From positions 3,162,001 through 3,226,000 of the forward strand of contig CM030335.1 of NCBI GenBank assembly GCA_017654855.1: a DNA stretch of 64,000 nt, in the 5' to 3' direction. The first letter of the stretch is position 1. Each line of letters opens with the position of its first letter. Positions 1-12,100 of this stretch are shown piece by piece. The position numbers and the translations under genes were made by a program. The notes below the pieces were generated by a model. It was not told the origin of the DNA, made no database searches, and saw only the letters and a program-made list of their open reading frames with translations. Source of the stretch: Podospora anserina (Eukaryota).

Positions 1-698
1 GGGGGAGCCGCTGATTGCACAGCCACGACCCTTAACCCGAGTGTGAGTCACAGAACGCACAGAACAGTCCAGGAAGTCAATGGCGTTTGTTACGGAGAAA
101 ATAATAGCTCAAGAAGGAGTTTTCCTCATTGGAAGCCAAATATACAATGGTCTAAGATGATGCTGGAGAGTTCGAGCTACGTCTCTGGTCATAGGGTAGG
201 CAGGGGTTAGGGTTGTATATTGAGTTGATATCTGCTTGTGCCCAATGCAATTTCCCACAATATCTGTACACTCAGTTTCTTTGCAAAAGGTATCACTGGC
301 TAATTCAACTGCTACTATCAGTTTCAGCACTGGTGAGCTCCCTTGCGATGATTTCCTCCTCAACTGGTGTGAACTGGTGATGCTTCGAATTCATGATGAA
401 TCATTTCCATTGTGCAGCCCTTTCATTGGTCAGAAGCATAACTCGGCGGCGATGCAGTATGCCGCTTCACCACATTTGGTTAGCGCCATCCCGGTGTAAG
501 CCGCTTGGACAACTGATTCACACGATCATGGTCCATCTCTCAAGCAAGTCTAGGGATATAAAACAAGTAGAGCATCACTTCAGGCAGAAACTCGGTCTAT
601 CATCTTCACAAGGCATCAACACTTTGCCATCACCAGCAGCTGCACCCAGCGGACCACACCACCCTAATCACTCCAGCACCAACACCTCCCTGATACTC

Positions 699-1688
699 AT
701 GCCAGACACTGCAACTGCCACAACCACCACAGCGACTACCACCAACATGGCTCTATCAAGCTCACCGAACAGTCGGTCATCAACCCCTGAGAGTAATCTC
801 TCCCATTCCACCATACCACCATTCATCCCGGGCCAATGTCTCTTTTGTCTCCATCTATCATCATCCTTCCTCGACGGCATAGAGCACATGCAAAAGTCCC
901 ACGGGCTATTCATCCCACATCGACAACTATTTTCTACCGAAAACCTCGAGGCTCTCTTTGAACAGCTCCATCTCATCATCTTCGAATACCACGAATGCAT
1001 CAAATGCGGGACAACAAGATCCTCAGTGCAAGCGATGCAGCAGCACATGACCGGCAAGCCAGGGCACTGCACATTTGACATCTCGGACCCAGAATCCGAG
1101 TTTGCCGAACTCTATCGCGGGATATTGGAGGGACGAGAAACAGACGGCCAGAAAGGTGACCAAGAGAGCACTTCCAATCCTTGGAATCAGGCTCGGGCAG
1201 TTCAAGTTGATGAAGATTCACTTCGGTTACCCTCGGGGAGGATAATATCAAAGAAATCATCCGTGATGCCACCATCACCTTCAGCGACGAATGCTTCTCG
1301 GTTGCGACATAACCGGACTCGGGTATCAGCTGCTGCCGCGGAGATAGGATACGCCATGGGAGAAGAGTCTAGCGATAACGAGGAGGAGCCGGTCCAGCCA
1401 AGCAACTCGGAGACAACACCAGGCGCGCAAGTGGTTTTGTCAAAGAGGGAAAAGAAGCGGGCAAGGGACATGGAGGCATATCAATTGACGCGGATGAGCG
1501 CGAATGATCGGACAAGCTTGATGCACCTGCCTGTGTCTCAGCAACGGGCCTTGCTGGCAACCCAGCAGAGACACCAGGAAAAGATGCAGACTGAGGAAAG
1601 AAGACAGCGGGCAAAGATTGATCGGAAGGGCAACAAGAATTTGTATACGTACTGGAATACCGAGACGCCGGTTTATCTGTGTGGATAG
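699..1688 (+). CDS. C2H2 zinc-finger protein, REI1/TRI15-like (pre-60S factor-like family)
   Basis: Intronless ORF with two C2H2 fingers (CLFC...HMQKSHGLFIP; CIKCG...QQHMTGKPGHC) and the LRLPSGRIIS motif typical of Rei1-like proteins. The frame is open from 393; start placed at ATG 699 (747 also possible). Confidence 0.8.
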   Translation: MPDTATATTTTATTTNMALSSSPNSRSSTPESNLSHSTIPPFIPGQCLFCLHLSSSFLDGIEHMQKSHGLFIPHRQLFSTENLEALFEQLHLIIFEYHECIKCGTTRSSVQAMQQHMTGKPGHCTFDISDPESEFAELYRGILEGRETDGQKGDQESTSNPWNQARAVQVDEDSLRLPSGRIISKKSSVMPPSPSATNASRLRHNRTRVSAAAAEIGYAMGEESSDNEEEPVQPSNSETTPGAQVVLSKREKKRARDMEAYQLTRMSANDRTSLMHLPVSQQRALLATQQRHQEKMQTEERRQRAKIDRKGNKNLYTYWNTETPVYLCG

Positions 1689-1807
1689 GGGCTTGGGTAT
1701 ATCATGCAGCACCACGTAGCAGATAGTAATTCGCCCTCCAGTGTCCGAAGCCATATGCAACCAAGTTCATTCCCCGGCCGCATAAACTCCCACGGCTTGT
1801 CCACACC

Positions 1808-2518
1808 TCAAAACACCCCCGGAACAAACCTCGCCGTCCTCGAATGCCACCCCTCCCACTCCCCCCCAAACTTTGTTCTCAACATCTCCTCCTCCTGCCT
1901 AACCCTAGTCCAAACCGCCCCGAGCACAACCGACACCCCCACCGGCGCCAACGACCACCCCAAATCCCTCAACCACTTGTACCACCTCTCCGACGCCCAG
2001 CAGCTCACCACCCCGTCCACCCTCGCCATGAGCGCGATATTGCAAAAAATCAAAACCACCACGCCGGTGTAACTGGGGTGCTGAACATATCTGTACAGCC
2101 CTGTTGTTTTGAGCCTATCCGGCTCTGCAAGCGCAAAGGTGAAGTTTTTGCCTAGGGAGGCGTATGATGCTAAGCGGAGGGGGACTCCAGCGCAGAGGAT
2201 GAGCGCTAACGGGATGGCGGTTGAGGGGGACCAAGTTACCAGGTCTGGGTTAAGGTGACGGCATTGGTTTGGTGGGAGGGCAGGGTAGAGGTAGGCGAGG
2301 CGGGCGGAGAGGAGGGTTAGGAGGCCGAGGGGGGAGAGCATGATTTTGGTGGCGTGTTTGTCTGTTATGTGGTAGGTTGTGAGGGAGTCGGATTTGGAGC
2401 GGGTTGGGGGGTTGGGGTTGGGGTTGGGTTGTCGGCAGGCGAAGTATGTGCCTATTGTTGAGGCTAGGAAGGAAAAGGCGAGGGTTGCTTGGGGGAGAGA
2501 GGGGAGTGGGGGGAGCAT
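1808..2518 (-). CDS. Isoprenylcysteine carboxyl methyltransferase (ICMT/PEMT)-family membrane protein
   Basis: 236 aa with hydrophobic segments and motifs LGKNFTFAL, LKTTGLYRYVQHPSYTG and RVRQEEEML...FGGEW. Confidence 0.85.
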   Translation of the reverse strand: MLPPLPSLPQATLAFSFLASTIGTYFACRQPNPNPNPPTRSKSDSLTTYHITDKHATKIMLSPLGLLTLLSARLAYLYPALPPNQCRHLNPDLVTWSPSTAIPLALILCAGVPLRLASYASLGKNFTFALAEPDRLKTTGLYRYVQHPSYTGVVVLIFCNIALMARVDGVVSCWASERWYKWLRDLGWSLAPVGVSVVLGAVWTRVRQEEEMLRTKFGGEWEGWHSRTARFVPGVF

Positions 2519-3288
2519 GGTTGGTGATTTTATGATTGCGTTATGGGGTTTCGGGTGCTTTGGTTTGCGGGGTTCAATGATTCTTGATTATGAGATGGAA
2601 TATGGAGGACGGTGGTTAGTGAGAAGAGCCGGCAAGTGAGGTGAAAACCATTGCGAATCCTGCCGGATCGTCCGGTCGTGTGGAAGAGATCAGCTGCAGG
2701 CTGTGCGGGAGATGCCGACGTCATGTCACAGAGGGAGGCACAGCTTAGGCCACTTTGATGGCCTTGGTTAAACAGCAGCTTGGCAACCAAAGTCGCTCAA
2801 GAATTAGACATTATACTGAGAAAACAGCATCAAATACCTAGGAGCCGGATCAACAGCTGAGAGTCTAAGCGGGAAAATAAGTCCCGTGATGTGTATGTTG
2901 CTTTGTTCGCAAATCTCAATGGCTGCGGTTGCGGTTGAAGTGTCGTTGAATTAAGGTTCTATTTTTGGGGTCGAGCGTGCCAAGCCGCTAGGGAAACGTC
3001 CTTTGGCGGTTTATTGGTTCCTTGGACAACCGCTGCATGTAGTATAATACTCCTGAAAATTAGCCCCTGAAATACCCCTGGAAAGACCATGAAAAAATAA
3101 CCTTCTGATATGTGTCATTACAAACAATCGGTAGCCAGTAGCCCAAAGTTCAGACGTTCAAGGAAGGGTCCCAAATCGCCATCAAAGCTTCCATGCCACC
3201 CATCTATCCGTGAAGTGCCGGATCATGTTTGATGATAGTACCCGAATTATTGCTTTCCGCCCAAGAGAGTGCAGGTCCTTCCAAGATG

Positions 3289-3390
3289 AATCTGTTCATA
3301 GGGGCCTGTTTCCAAAAGGGGTCTGTGTTCAGAAAGGGATCTGTGTTCAAAGTGCGCCTGTTCCAAAAATGTGGTGTTTTCAAAACGAGG
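3289..3390. repeat. Degenerate ~17-18 bp tandem repeat, about 6 units, consensus near TCTGTGTTCAAAAGGGG
   Basis: Read directly: tctgttcatagggg / cctgtttccaaaagggg / tctgtgttcagaaaggga / tctgtgttcaaagtgcg / cctgttccaaaaatgtgg / tgttttcaaaacgagg. Confidence 0.6.
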
Positions 3391-5779
3391 CCCTTTCCTT
3401 CATTTTTTCCTCTTTCCAAGGAATAGAAGACCCATCACAAAGAAAAAAAGAACAAAAGAAAAAAAACGCATTCAAACTCGGCAATTAAGCCAAGCAACTC
3501 ACGTGGAGACTCTCTCGTTTGAAGCCGGTCCTGAAGTGGTAAGTATTAGCTCATAGAAAACAAAACACAGAGGGCCGGTAGCGGCCATCTCTCACACGAA
3601 CACGATACTTCCTAGGCGCATGTCAGTAATCTTAGCTTTTAACCCCTCATGATTGCACGGCGGTCATGGGAATATGATCATCGTCAAACCTTGTAAGGGA
3701 TCAGTCTGCAACATGTTCTTTATCCAAGTATAAAGCCATCCGTACCCGTGTCAAGGAGTTTGTTTTTCATTGCCACCGCATTCAATCTGATCCTGGCAAT
3801 CCCTGGCTACCCTTTACCCATCGGAATTTCTTGGGCTCAGTGCAGGAGTACACTCTCTTCATCGGTTGTGACTCAAGTGCCCTTCCAAGGGGGCATCCAT
3901 CACTTCCATCTTCAGCCATCTCCCGTAAAGTAACTGACATTGTTGACGTATGCAGGTAGCAGTCTCATTCATTTCCCAAATCTGCCCAGGAATAGTCGAA
4001 GACGCAAAGTGAAAGTGGGAAGCAGTGGAAGAATGACGCAAGGGAAAAATGAGAAGCAGTACAAGTACGGATGCCGTATGGGACAATGTAATGCTCTGTC
4101 AACAATACCGTCAGCGCCCTCGCCTTACCAATATCCCCGTAAGCGTCTGGACAAGACTTACCATTCTCAAGAATGGAACCCTCGTCACAGTGAAATACAT
4201 TCTGGGAGCGAGCGTGGAATCATGAGCCCTCGTCTTTAAGTGTGGATGTGCTGCTTGGTGCTTTTGGTTGTTTGAACGACACTGGTCGAGGCTAAGAGAT
4301 AGCCGAGACTGAGAATTCGACTGACAAGGTTGAAGAGACGAGCTTTGGCATGTTGTAGTCGTGCGGAGTGTAATCAGGTTAGAAGGCGACCATTGACACA
4401 TATGGCCCTCTTGGGCTTGTCGAGCAGGTACCCACCCATGGTAGCACCAGTGTACAACATGGAGTAGAGCTTGATGGCGTTGGTGGCGAGAAGGACACTG
4501 AAGAATGCCTGTGTTGGTCCAACTCCCCTTGGAATAACTGCCCGTCTCTGATCTCTTGCTGCATGCATGTCTGGTGCAGCTGGAAATTGTTTGTGAATAG
4601 ACAAGGTCTTGTACGAGTTAATACGGCGGTCTTGGCACTAGGACCTGATGAAGGGAGGAAATTCATTGAGATGTCTTGACACCAAAGGGCCGGTCAGGCT
4701 TCTGCCAGGCTTGGCGCGTTGACCGAGCGGACTAAAGGCGATATGGGTTTGACTGCAATGATTTGACAAAGGTGCACTCGAGATTTTGTGTAAGTAGGAA
4801 GGTGCTGGACGTGGCCCCAGTTAGGTTCCAAGGCGCAAGGGACCCGAGTGATTCATCTTGGGGTTCGTCATGGCTGAAACCGACCGAGGGAGAGTCTCGT
4901 CGGCCAGCACTGGCACGGTAAGTGTTGAGACGAAGCTTTCATATATTGCTGTCATGTAGGTAGTAGCTGTACTGGAATCATTGCGTCAGGCGGCGTATTA
5001 TGGCGCGGGGTCTTGGCCGGTTGACACGTATATGATCGAGGTGATCATGCTTGAGAACAGGATGATCATGCTAGGAAAAGACACATGAATGCAGGGATCG
5101 ATCGTCAACGTTGTTGTTATGTGATGATACGGATCCGACCGCCTTCATGTTCGGCTGTTGGCAATGCAGGAAGGTTGAGTTGCCAAAGATTGTGTGGTGG
5201 TGTGTGCTTGTGTGTGTTTGTCGGCAAGGTGTGCATGAGCTGACGGAGTTTGTAAATTGGCTTCCACTTCAAGGAACAGTGTTGATGTTGTTCATCGTCA
5301 CGTTGGATTGTGACACTCATCGATGGATACCTCGGTCATGCAGCTGATCGAGGCGATGCTGTGAAGTGTACTGGTTACCCATCGCGGTAGCCCTATCCAC
5401 AGGGCACAGGCGCGCGAACTTGTATGGGTGTCCCTCAGCCGGGTACTGAGGTGGGCTGGCCTTCGTAACGGCAGACTTGGGTGGGAGCGAAGGAGTTGTA
5501 CTAGCGTCGAACTCGAGACTTTGAACCCAGTATCCCAGTCGTCAATGGCGGCAATAGGTTCCTTGATGGCTGTGTCAGGACCATGCAAGAATGGCCACAG
5601 CCACGGCTAGGTGTGACCCCTACCAGTCTAGGCATTTTCTTCCCAAGACTAAAAGGCGCCGTCTCTGTGATGTCGGGGATCCGGTGAGGCCTTTTTTCTT
5701 GACGTGCCCAGGTCAACGCTAAAGCAAGTCTGGGTGGCAGTCTTCTTCAACTTCCTTCTCTCCTTTCGCGAGAGAGTGC

Positions 5780-7020
5780 CTGGACACGAATGTCCTTCCC
5801 GCTTACAAACGCCATTCTTGATCACCGGCCCACGGAACATCTCTGGATACTTCCCAAGCATTCTTTCCGCCCCAGTGTCATGCACTGTTTCGCAGCAGAT
5901 GATATCACTCGGTAACCTGTATTGCGGTGTGATGTTGTGAAATGTAGGGAACGACCTTGAGATGGGTTGGTAAGAGTCGAAGGTGAAAACTTTTGAGTAA
6001 GTCTGGTAAACGTCATAGTGATAGGTGGTGCAGCTTGGAGAGTCCGGGCCAGGGCAAGAATAATTGTGCCGGGGTGGTGTTAAATTGGCGGGGGAAGTGT
6101 TGAGAAAAGGCAGTAGTCACGCTGTCGGTTCAAATGCCATTAATGTTGTCGCAGTATGTCTTGATTTTCGATTTAACCACTTTAACTGCCACGCGCGCAA
6201 GTTCGACACCTCGCAAGATAATCAAGTTTTTGTCGTGAAGGGCTATTGTGACTCTGGAAAAGCAGAGGTTAGAAAAGCGCCACTCTGTGGATATCCAGGA
6301 AACTTCCATTAGATTCCAACCGGGGTATGGAACCCAGGTGGATATGTGGGCCAATTCCGGACGTTGCGAGAGCCTTGCCTTCTTCTCATGTGAGCCATGA
6401 AGTCTAAATTGGAAAGAACCAAGAAGTGGAGGTCGGAAAGAGCCAACGATCACTTATCTACGTCACTCAGGCTCGTAGAGGTCAAGGAGAATAGGTTACC
6501 CTGTTTTACAGCAAGTGTAAAGCCAGCTATGTAACCGATATACTGAGATTATAGTCAGGGCTAATTGCAGTGATGAATTGATGCTATACCCATGCATGCG
6601 AGATGTTTCTCCTGTCTGTAGGGAGTTATTCAAAGTTTTTAACTTTGAACGAAGGAGCCCTTTCCAGGCGACTCTCAAGACTTCAAACGGACAGGAGCAC
6701 TCCTCTACCACAGAACTCTTAATCAGGAAAGCCATGGTCTTTCTGCATCTACTTTTTATTCTGGTGGGTCGCGGATAGGTGAGTGAGAGAATAGGTGTAC
6801 AGGTGGGAGTATTTTTGATGTGGCCAGCGGTGCGAAAGGCTGAGTTGAGTTACGGAACCCTATCCAAGTCGGAGCACGTGCGACCTCCTACGATGACCAA
6901 AAACAAATAGAAGCCGTAGGCATTTTGAATTGAATCAGAGTTTAGTACTAGCCTTGTGAAAAAATTTAATCTGGCTTCGATCGTGGGTCCCTGGTAGATT
7001 TGCCTATTTTTTTGAGCGTC
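5780..7020 (-). pseudogene. Decayed relic resembling the C-terminal half of a HET-6-like heterokaryon-incompatibility protein
   Basis: Fragments in different frames occur in the order expected for HET-6-like proteins: GRTCSDLDRV (~CTDPRDRVY), FPD*/KSSVVEE (~PDYSKSVEEV), ISTWVPYPGW (~LPSWVPDW), LIILRGVEL (~L.L.G..VD), GRSLHFTTS (~GRRFF.T), PSDIICC (~PGD.IC). Multiple stops and frameshifts. Confidence 0.45.
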
Positions 7021-7133
7021 CCTTTTTTTTTTTTTTTTTTTGAATACCTGCACTCGTTTTTCACAGAGTGTCCAGTCCCTCGGCATCACTGCGCATTTCT
7101 GAGGATACACCTCGCCTCACATTATAAATCAGC

Positions 7134-8516
7134 ATGACGCTCAACCTATGGGAGATGTGCCGAAACGGCGAGCCTATCCCGCCAAAGCACATCATACTTC
7201 AACATCTATGCGAAGGTATTGAACGCGAGAATCGACGCAGGCTAATGATGCACATGGTTGACCACGTTTGTGGCATCACTTTACCCAAATCCGACCTGAG
7301 GCATGGAGACCAGTGGGTTTGGGACTCCCCCGACTTTACGTAGCCTCTCCCAGCAACCCATATCAGGGAATGCTTCAACAAAACAGTGCCAATATTCCTT
7401 TTCGACGGCCAAGAAAAGCGCCGTTGGGAAAATCGCTTGGTCCTTCGGGACTTAGTATTCAACTACATCTATTCCCAATGGTGCCATCCTTACCGCAGCG
7501 AAACTGACTGGGGCCAGTTCCCCATGATGATCTTCGAAAGCGAGGAGCCAGATCCGGAGCCGCAGGACGCTGTCGATTGTTCCATCGCTCTCAACAACAT
7601 CCTTTTTAATCGCCTCCAGTCTGTCCGGGAACGAGTCCGGACCTTCGCGGTGGAAAAGGCCGCCATGGAAATCAACCTTGAACATGACAACAGTGGAGAA
7701 TACCATAGATTACTATACGCATACAACGAGCTGGCTCTCGAACTGGATCTGGAAGAGGGACTTTCCTCGGCCTACCTCCAGGAGGATGTCGACCGCTACA
7801 TCCCTCACTCCCTCTTCGGCGCTCTCTCTCTCGTCATTCGAAGAAAAGACCTTGGCTCAAGAGGTCTCGCCGCCTGCCCCGCCGCCAACATCCCAGTCTG
7901 GATTGTGCGCACAGGGGAAGAAGGAGAAGCCAACCTAATCACACCCATCCTCTTTGACGGCCTGATCAAGGAAGAAGCAACCTAAGTACAAGAAGCAAAC
8001 CTCTGCACCATCGGCAAGCACGCCATCCACACAACACTTTCCCGAGCCCTGAAGTTTATCTTCTCGCTCTCCGCCCACGAAAACGCTGCCTTTGGCCAAC
8101 AGCCAGACCCCTACCTCGCAACTCAACACCCTCGCCGTCTTCCCGACTGGCGAAACGAATACCTCACCCTCGCTCAAGACCTCAAGCGAGAACTAGGCGG
8201 TTACGACGGCTTTTCCCCCGCTGATCTCCCCCCAGGCCCGAGCTCAACCTGGGTGGAGAACATAACGCCAGACAAGCTCGCGGCTCACTGGTTCGCAAAA
8301 GAACAAAAGTACATCCGAGACCGCGAGGAGAAGCTGCGCAAGTCGTTGGTTGAGTTGATGGAGGAAAACGCCTCTGGGGTGGTGGAATGGAGGTGGAACA
8401 AAATCAACCCAGAGGATCTGGAGGAAGTTTGTAAGGTTGCCTATGAGTCTCGTGGTCGGTGTTTCGTATACATAGACACAGACAGACACTCGATATGGGA
8501 GGAGCATATTTATTGA
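7134..8516 (+). pseudogene. Unknown protein-coding frame of about 460 codons interrupted by two in-frame stops
   Basis: ORFs 7134-7343, 7386-7985 and 8253-8516 share one frame. The only interruptions are TAG 7341-7343 and TAA 7983-7985; no frameshift. No family recognised. Confidence 0.7.
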
Positions 8517-9191
8517 GCAGAGATCAAGAGCTTTAGGATAATAGTAAAGAGGACCCTTTTCACGGGCATCTCCTCTTGACACGCGCACCCATCATCTTGT
8601 ACACGTATCCTTCAGTTAATACGCGCGCATGCCCTCAGCCTGCACACGTTGGTAGGCGTCCTCGGCAATGGATCCCTCGGCTTGTACGCATATCTCCCCA
8701 CTTTCACACATCAAAGCAACCCCCTTTCAGCAAGTACTCACGACACCATCACCCCCTGGGCATCACCCACTTCATCTCAATTATCCAACCTCTTCACCAT
8801 CACCAAAGACATGAAGGATGGCCCTGGGCACTGGGCATTGATTGGAGGATATTTACGGGGCATGATCAGTGGGGCTCTGGGTGGTTAAATTAAGTCTCCG
8901 AGGGAGCATCTAGAACTGAAGAAAATCAAGGCCGTCCAAGTCGATCTTCAAGACATTCAAAAACTGTACAAAAGCATATTTACTATGTTTACAATTCTGT
9001 GAACATACACCTCTCATGTTTCAAAAGCCATCCCTTAAAAAGCCTCTTCACCCCCTCCAAAAACCACCCCAACATCCCTCAAACATGTATTCAACGCTCT
9101 AGAAAGACATAAACATGTTTCTACACCGCCACCATGCATTTATTACCCTCCACCCTTCCTCTCCCCATGTTCCTTGAAAACTCCTCTCCTC

Positions 9192-12100
9192 TCAAGCATC
9201 AGCATCCGAATCTGACTCCTCCTCCGGCATCAAAGCCCTATACCTCCGACTAGTCAAATCAGCCTCCAACCCCCCCTCACTCTCCGGATCAACCCACCCC
9301 TCCCCCCCACCCAAGCTCAACGCCACCGGCAAGAAAACCAGCGCATGGCTCGCCGCAAAAACAACCAGCGCAACCCAGACCCTAAAGTAATAAATCTCAA
9401 AAATCTTGCTCCTCGTAAAAGCCAGCACCGTCACCCCCAAAATCTTGGTCACCGTGATCCCCGAAAAGACACTCCCCCCCACGTTCGCCAGTGCCGTCCA
9501 CGCCCGCGCATCCCGACCACGGAACCTGTTCTTGGCACGCTCCATGTATCTTCGGGAGGGGAACATGAACGCCCTTGCGATGTGGGCGCAAAACTCAACG
9601 GCTATGCCGACGCAGATGATGAGATTGACGAGGGAGACTGCATTGAGGGACACGCCCATTACGGCCATGGCGCCGATGATGTCGACGATGGCCATGATGA
9701 CTGTCAGGGTTACCACCGCGGCGGTGAGGACGGAGCCGAGGAGGATGCTGGAGACGATGAAAACGATGCCGACGGCGGAACCGAGCAGGGCAGTGGTGAG
9801 ACCGACGATGCTGGCGTATTGGTCAAAGAAGATGTAAAAGAGACTATAAGGGAAGACATCAAGGCCCGTGCTCTCGCTGATGTCGGAGGCGATGCGGCGG
9901 GCAGAGGCCATGGCTTTGATGAAGTCTTCTTGGCTGCGGAGGGGGCGATGGCTGGTGCGGAAGTGACTGGCTGGGATGGTGTTGCGTGCCGAGTCAACCA
10001 CCACGGCCGATCCGTAGGAAGCTTGTCCACCGAGAGGGCAGTCCTCGTCGGTGGGCGCGCTGAGAAATCTCTTGAGATAATAAGTAAACTCCTCGCCCTC
10101 GGGCATGCCAGAGAGGGTGATGTTCCAGGCAGGGTTGCGCTTGGCAAAGCAGGGCTTCCGGCGGTCGACACAGCAAGCTTCATTGTCAGGGTTCAACCAC
10201 TGGAAGAAGTCGTCAATCCAGCTGGCAGTGGGAGTAGAGACATAGGAGACCTCGGCGCGCTTCCGCTCTTGCTCAAGGATGTTGGTCAAGGACAGTTGCT
10301 CGCAAGTCGTGTAGCGAGCACAAATCTTCTGCTGCTCAGACCGCTTGGTGCCGTTGAACTCTCGAGTGACAAAGTAAACAGGAGGCCCCGCTTCCATGTA
10401 GGCATAGAGATCATTGAAGTATGGGATAAGATACGAGTCATCGGGGATTGCCACACGCTGGTCTAGCCCAAGCTCAACTTCGGGGAGCAGGGCAACACCG
10501 GCAGCGAATATGCCAAGAAAGATGGCAACGACAGCGGCCTTGGTCTTTTTACCCAACAGCCTTGGTGCATAGGTCTTCCTGATAAACTGCTGCAGGAAGC
10601 TTTCTGGCGGCGACTCGTAATATCTGGCTCCAGGGCTCCCATTGTTGCCGCTCAGATGAATTCGAGCAGACTTGACTTGAATGCACGGGAAGCAATCGGC
10701 ACGAGAATCTTCAGCCCGGATCTGGTTGAGCGTCAGAACCGAAATAAACATGGTGACTTGGAGGATGGCGTTGATGAAAACGGCGCCGGCAGCGTAAATG
10801 GCAAAGTTCCGAACGGCAGGCATGCCAACGAAGGCGCCCAAAGCGAAGCAGATGGTCTCGGTGATGGCAGAAAAGAGAATCGAGGGGCCCATCCGCCCAA
10901 GTGCCCGCGACACCCGCTGCTCGACCATGTCGTCTGGGTGGCTCAAGTTGACGCGCTCAAATTCGTGAACGATCAAGAAGATGTTGTCGACACCAACGGC
11001 GAGCACAATGAAGGGGATGACATCGACAATAATCAGTGTGGCCTTGAGCCCTGCCCAGGAAAAGAGACCAATGGACGCAGTGATGGACATCAGGACGATG
11101 AGGATACCGACCACACCGAGAGTGAACTTGGACTCCACCAATGCCAACGAGGGGTTATTGATGAACTCCCTAAAGGATAAGGTTGTCGAGCCGAGGGCAA
11201 CGGACGCATAGAGGAACATGGCAATGTAGCTGATGACAATGATCTTGGCGTCGGTGTTGGTAGACTTGTTGAGCTCCTGTTCCAGGCTGATCTCAGTAGA
11301 GAAAGAGAGGCGAAGGCCACGCTCCTTGGCCTCCTCTTGAAGCAACAAAAGACGCTGTTTGAGTGCCTCTTCCCAGTCCATGGCGAGCTCGGCGTCAAAA
11401 GATCCTTCGGCGTGATTGTTGAGCACCCATGTGACCGTCATGGCAGTCGCCTCTGTCGGGTCCTCGGAGCCCTTTGGGTAACCGCCCAAAATCATGGAAG
11501 GCTCGAGAGGCTGGCCATACTCGGGGCGGCATTCGACAGGCGACTGAGCACACTGCCGCAGAGTCTTTTTCCAGCCGTCTGGACTGACCTGATCCGGATC
11601 GTTCTGGAAGTATGCAGCCACAGACTGAACCACACAAGCGCTGCCAGTAGGCTTGAGGCACAGGTTCTGGAAAGAGCTGTCAAACTGCGGTCCCTTGAGC
11701 TTCCTGACGCTCTCCTCTACCTCCATCCACCAGAGCAGCGTCTCGTAACTGAGAACTGGGCCAGGTCCTTCGGGGTTGGTGTCGTTGACGAGAAAGACCT
11801 TCTCAGCCCGGTAAAAAGGCCCGAACTGAGTGTCGAAGAAGGCCTTCTCCTGAGCTGCAGCAGAAGTTGGGCTCACCCACAGACGAGCTGGGTCTTGTTC
11901 AATATCGAACTTCAACCAACCAGCACTGAGAATCATGACGACAATAACACTGGTGAGGATGGTAATCGCCGGGAACCTAGCCGCGGCGTGTCCTAGTCTG
12001 CTGAAGGCGGCATCGCACCAGGTGTTGATGATGTACGTCTTTTGCGGGCGATCGAGCATGGCGGGGTTTTGTGTCAAATCTCCTTCATCCTCATCATCAC

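Noticed and set aside
393..698. 102-codon N-terminal extension of the zinc-finger ORF
   Set aside because: Contains a TATA-like GATATAAAA near 557 and has no domain features; likely promoter and 5' UTR.
3538..3547. ATACTTACC on the minus strand, like the 5' end of U1 snRNA
   Set aside because: No U1 stem-loops or Sm site follow; better explained as part of an intron 3' end.
4111..5716. Several short minus-strand ORFs that may be another decayed gene
   Set aside because: No recognisable motif order, so no call can be supported.
8649..8888. Short protein-like frame downstream of the double-stop ORF
   Set aside because: No ATG start or recognisable family; at most a fragment.
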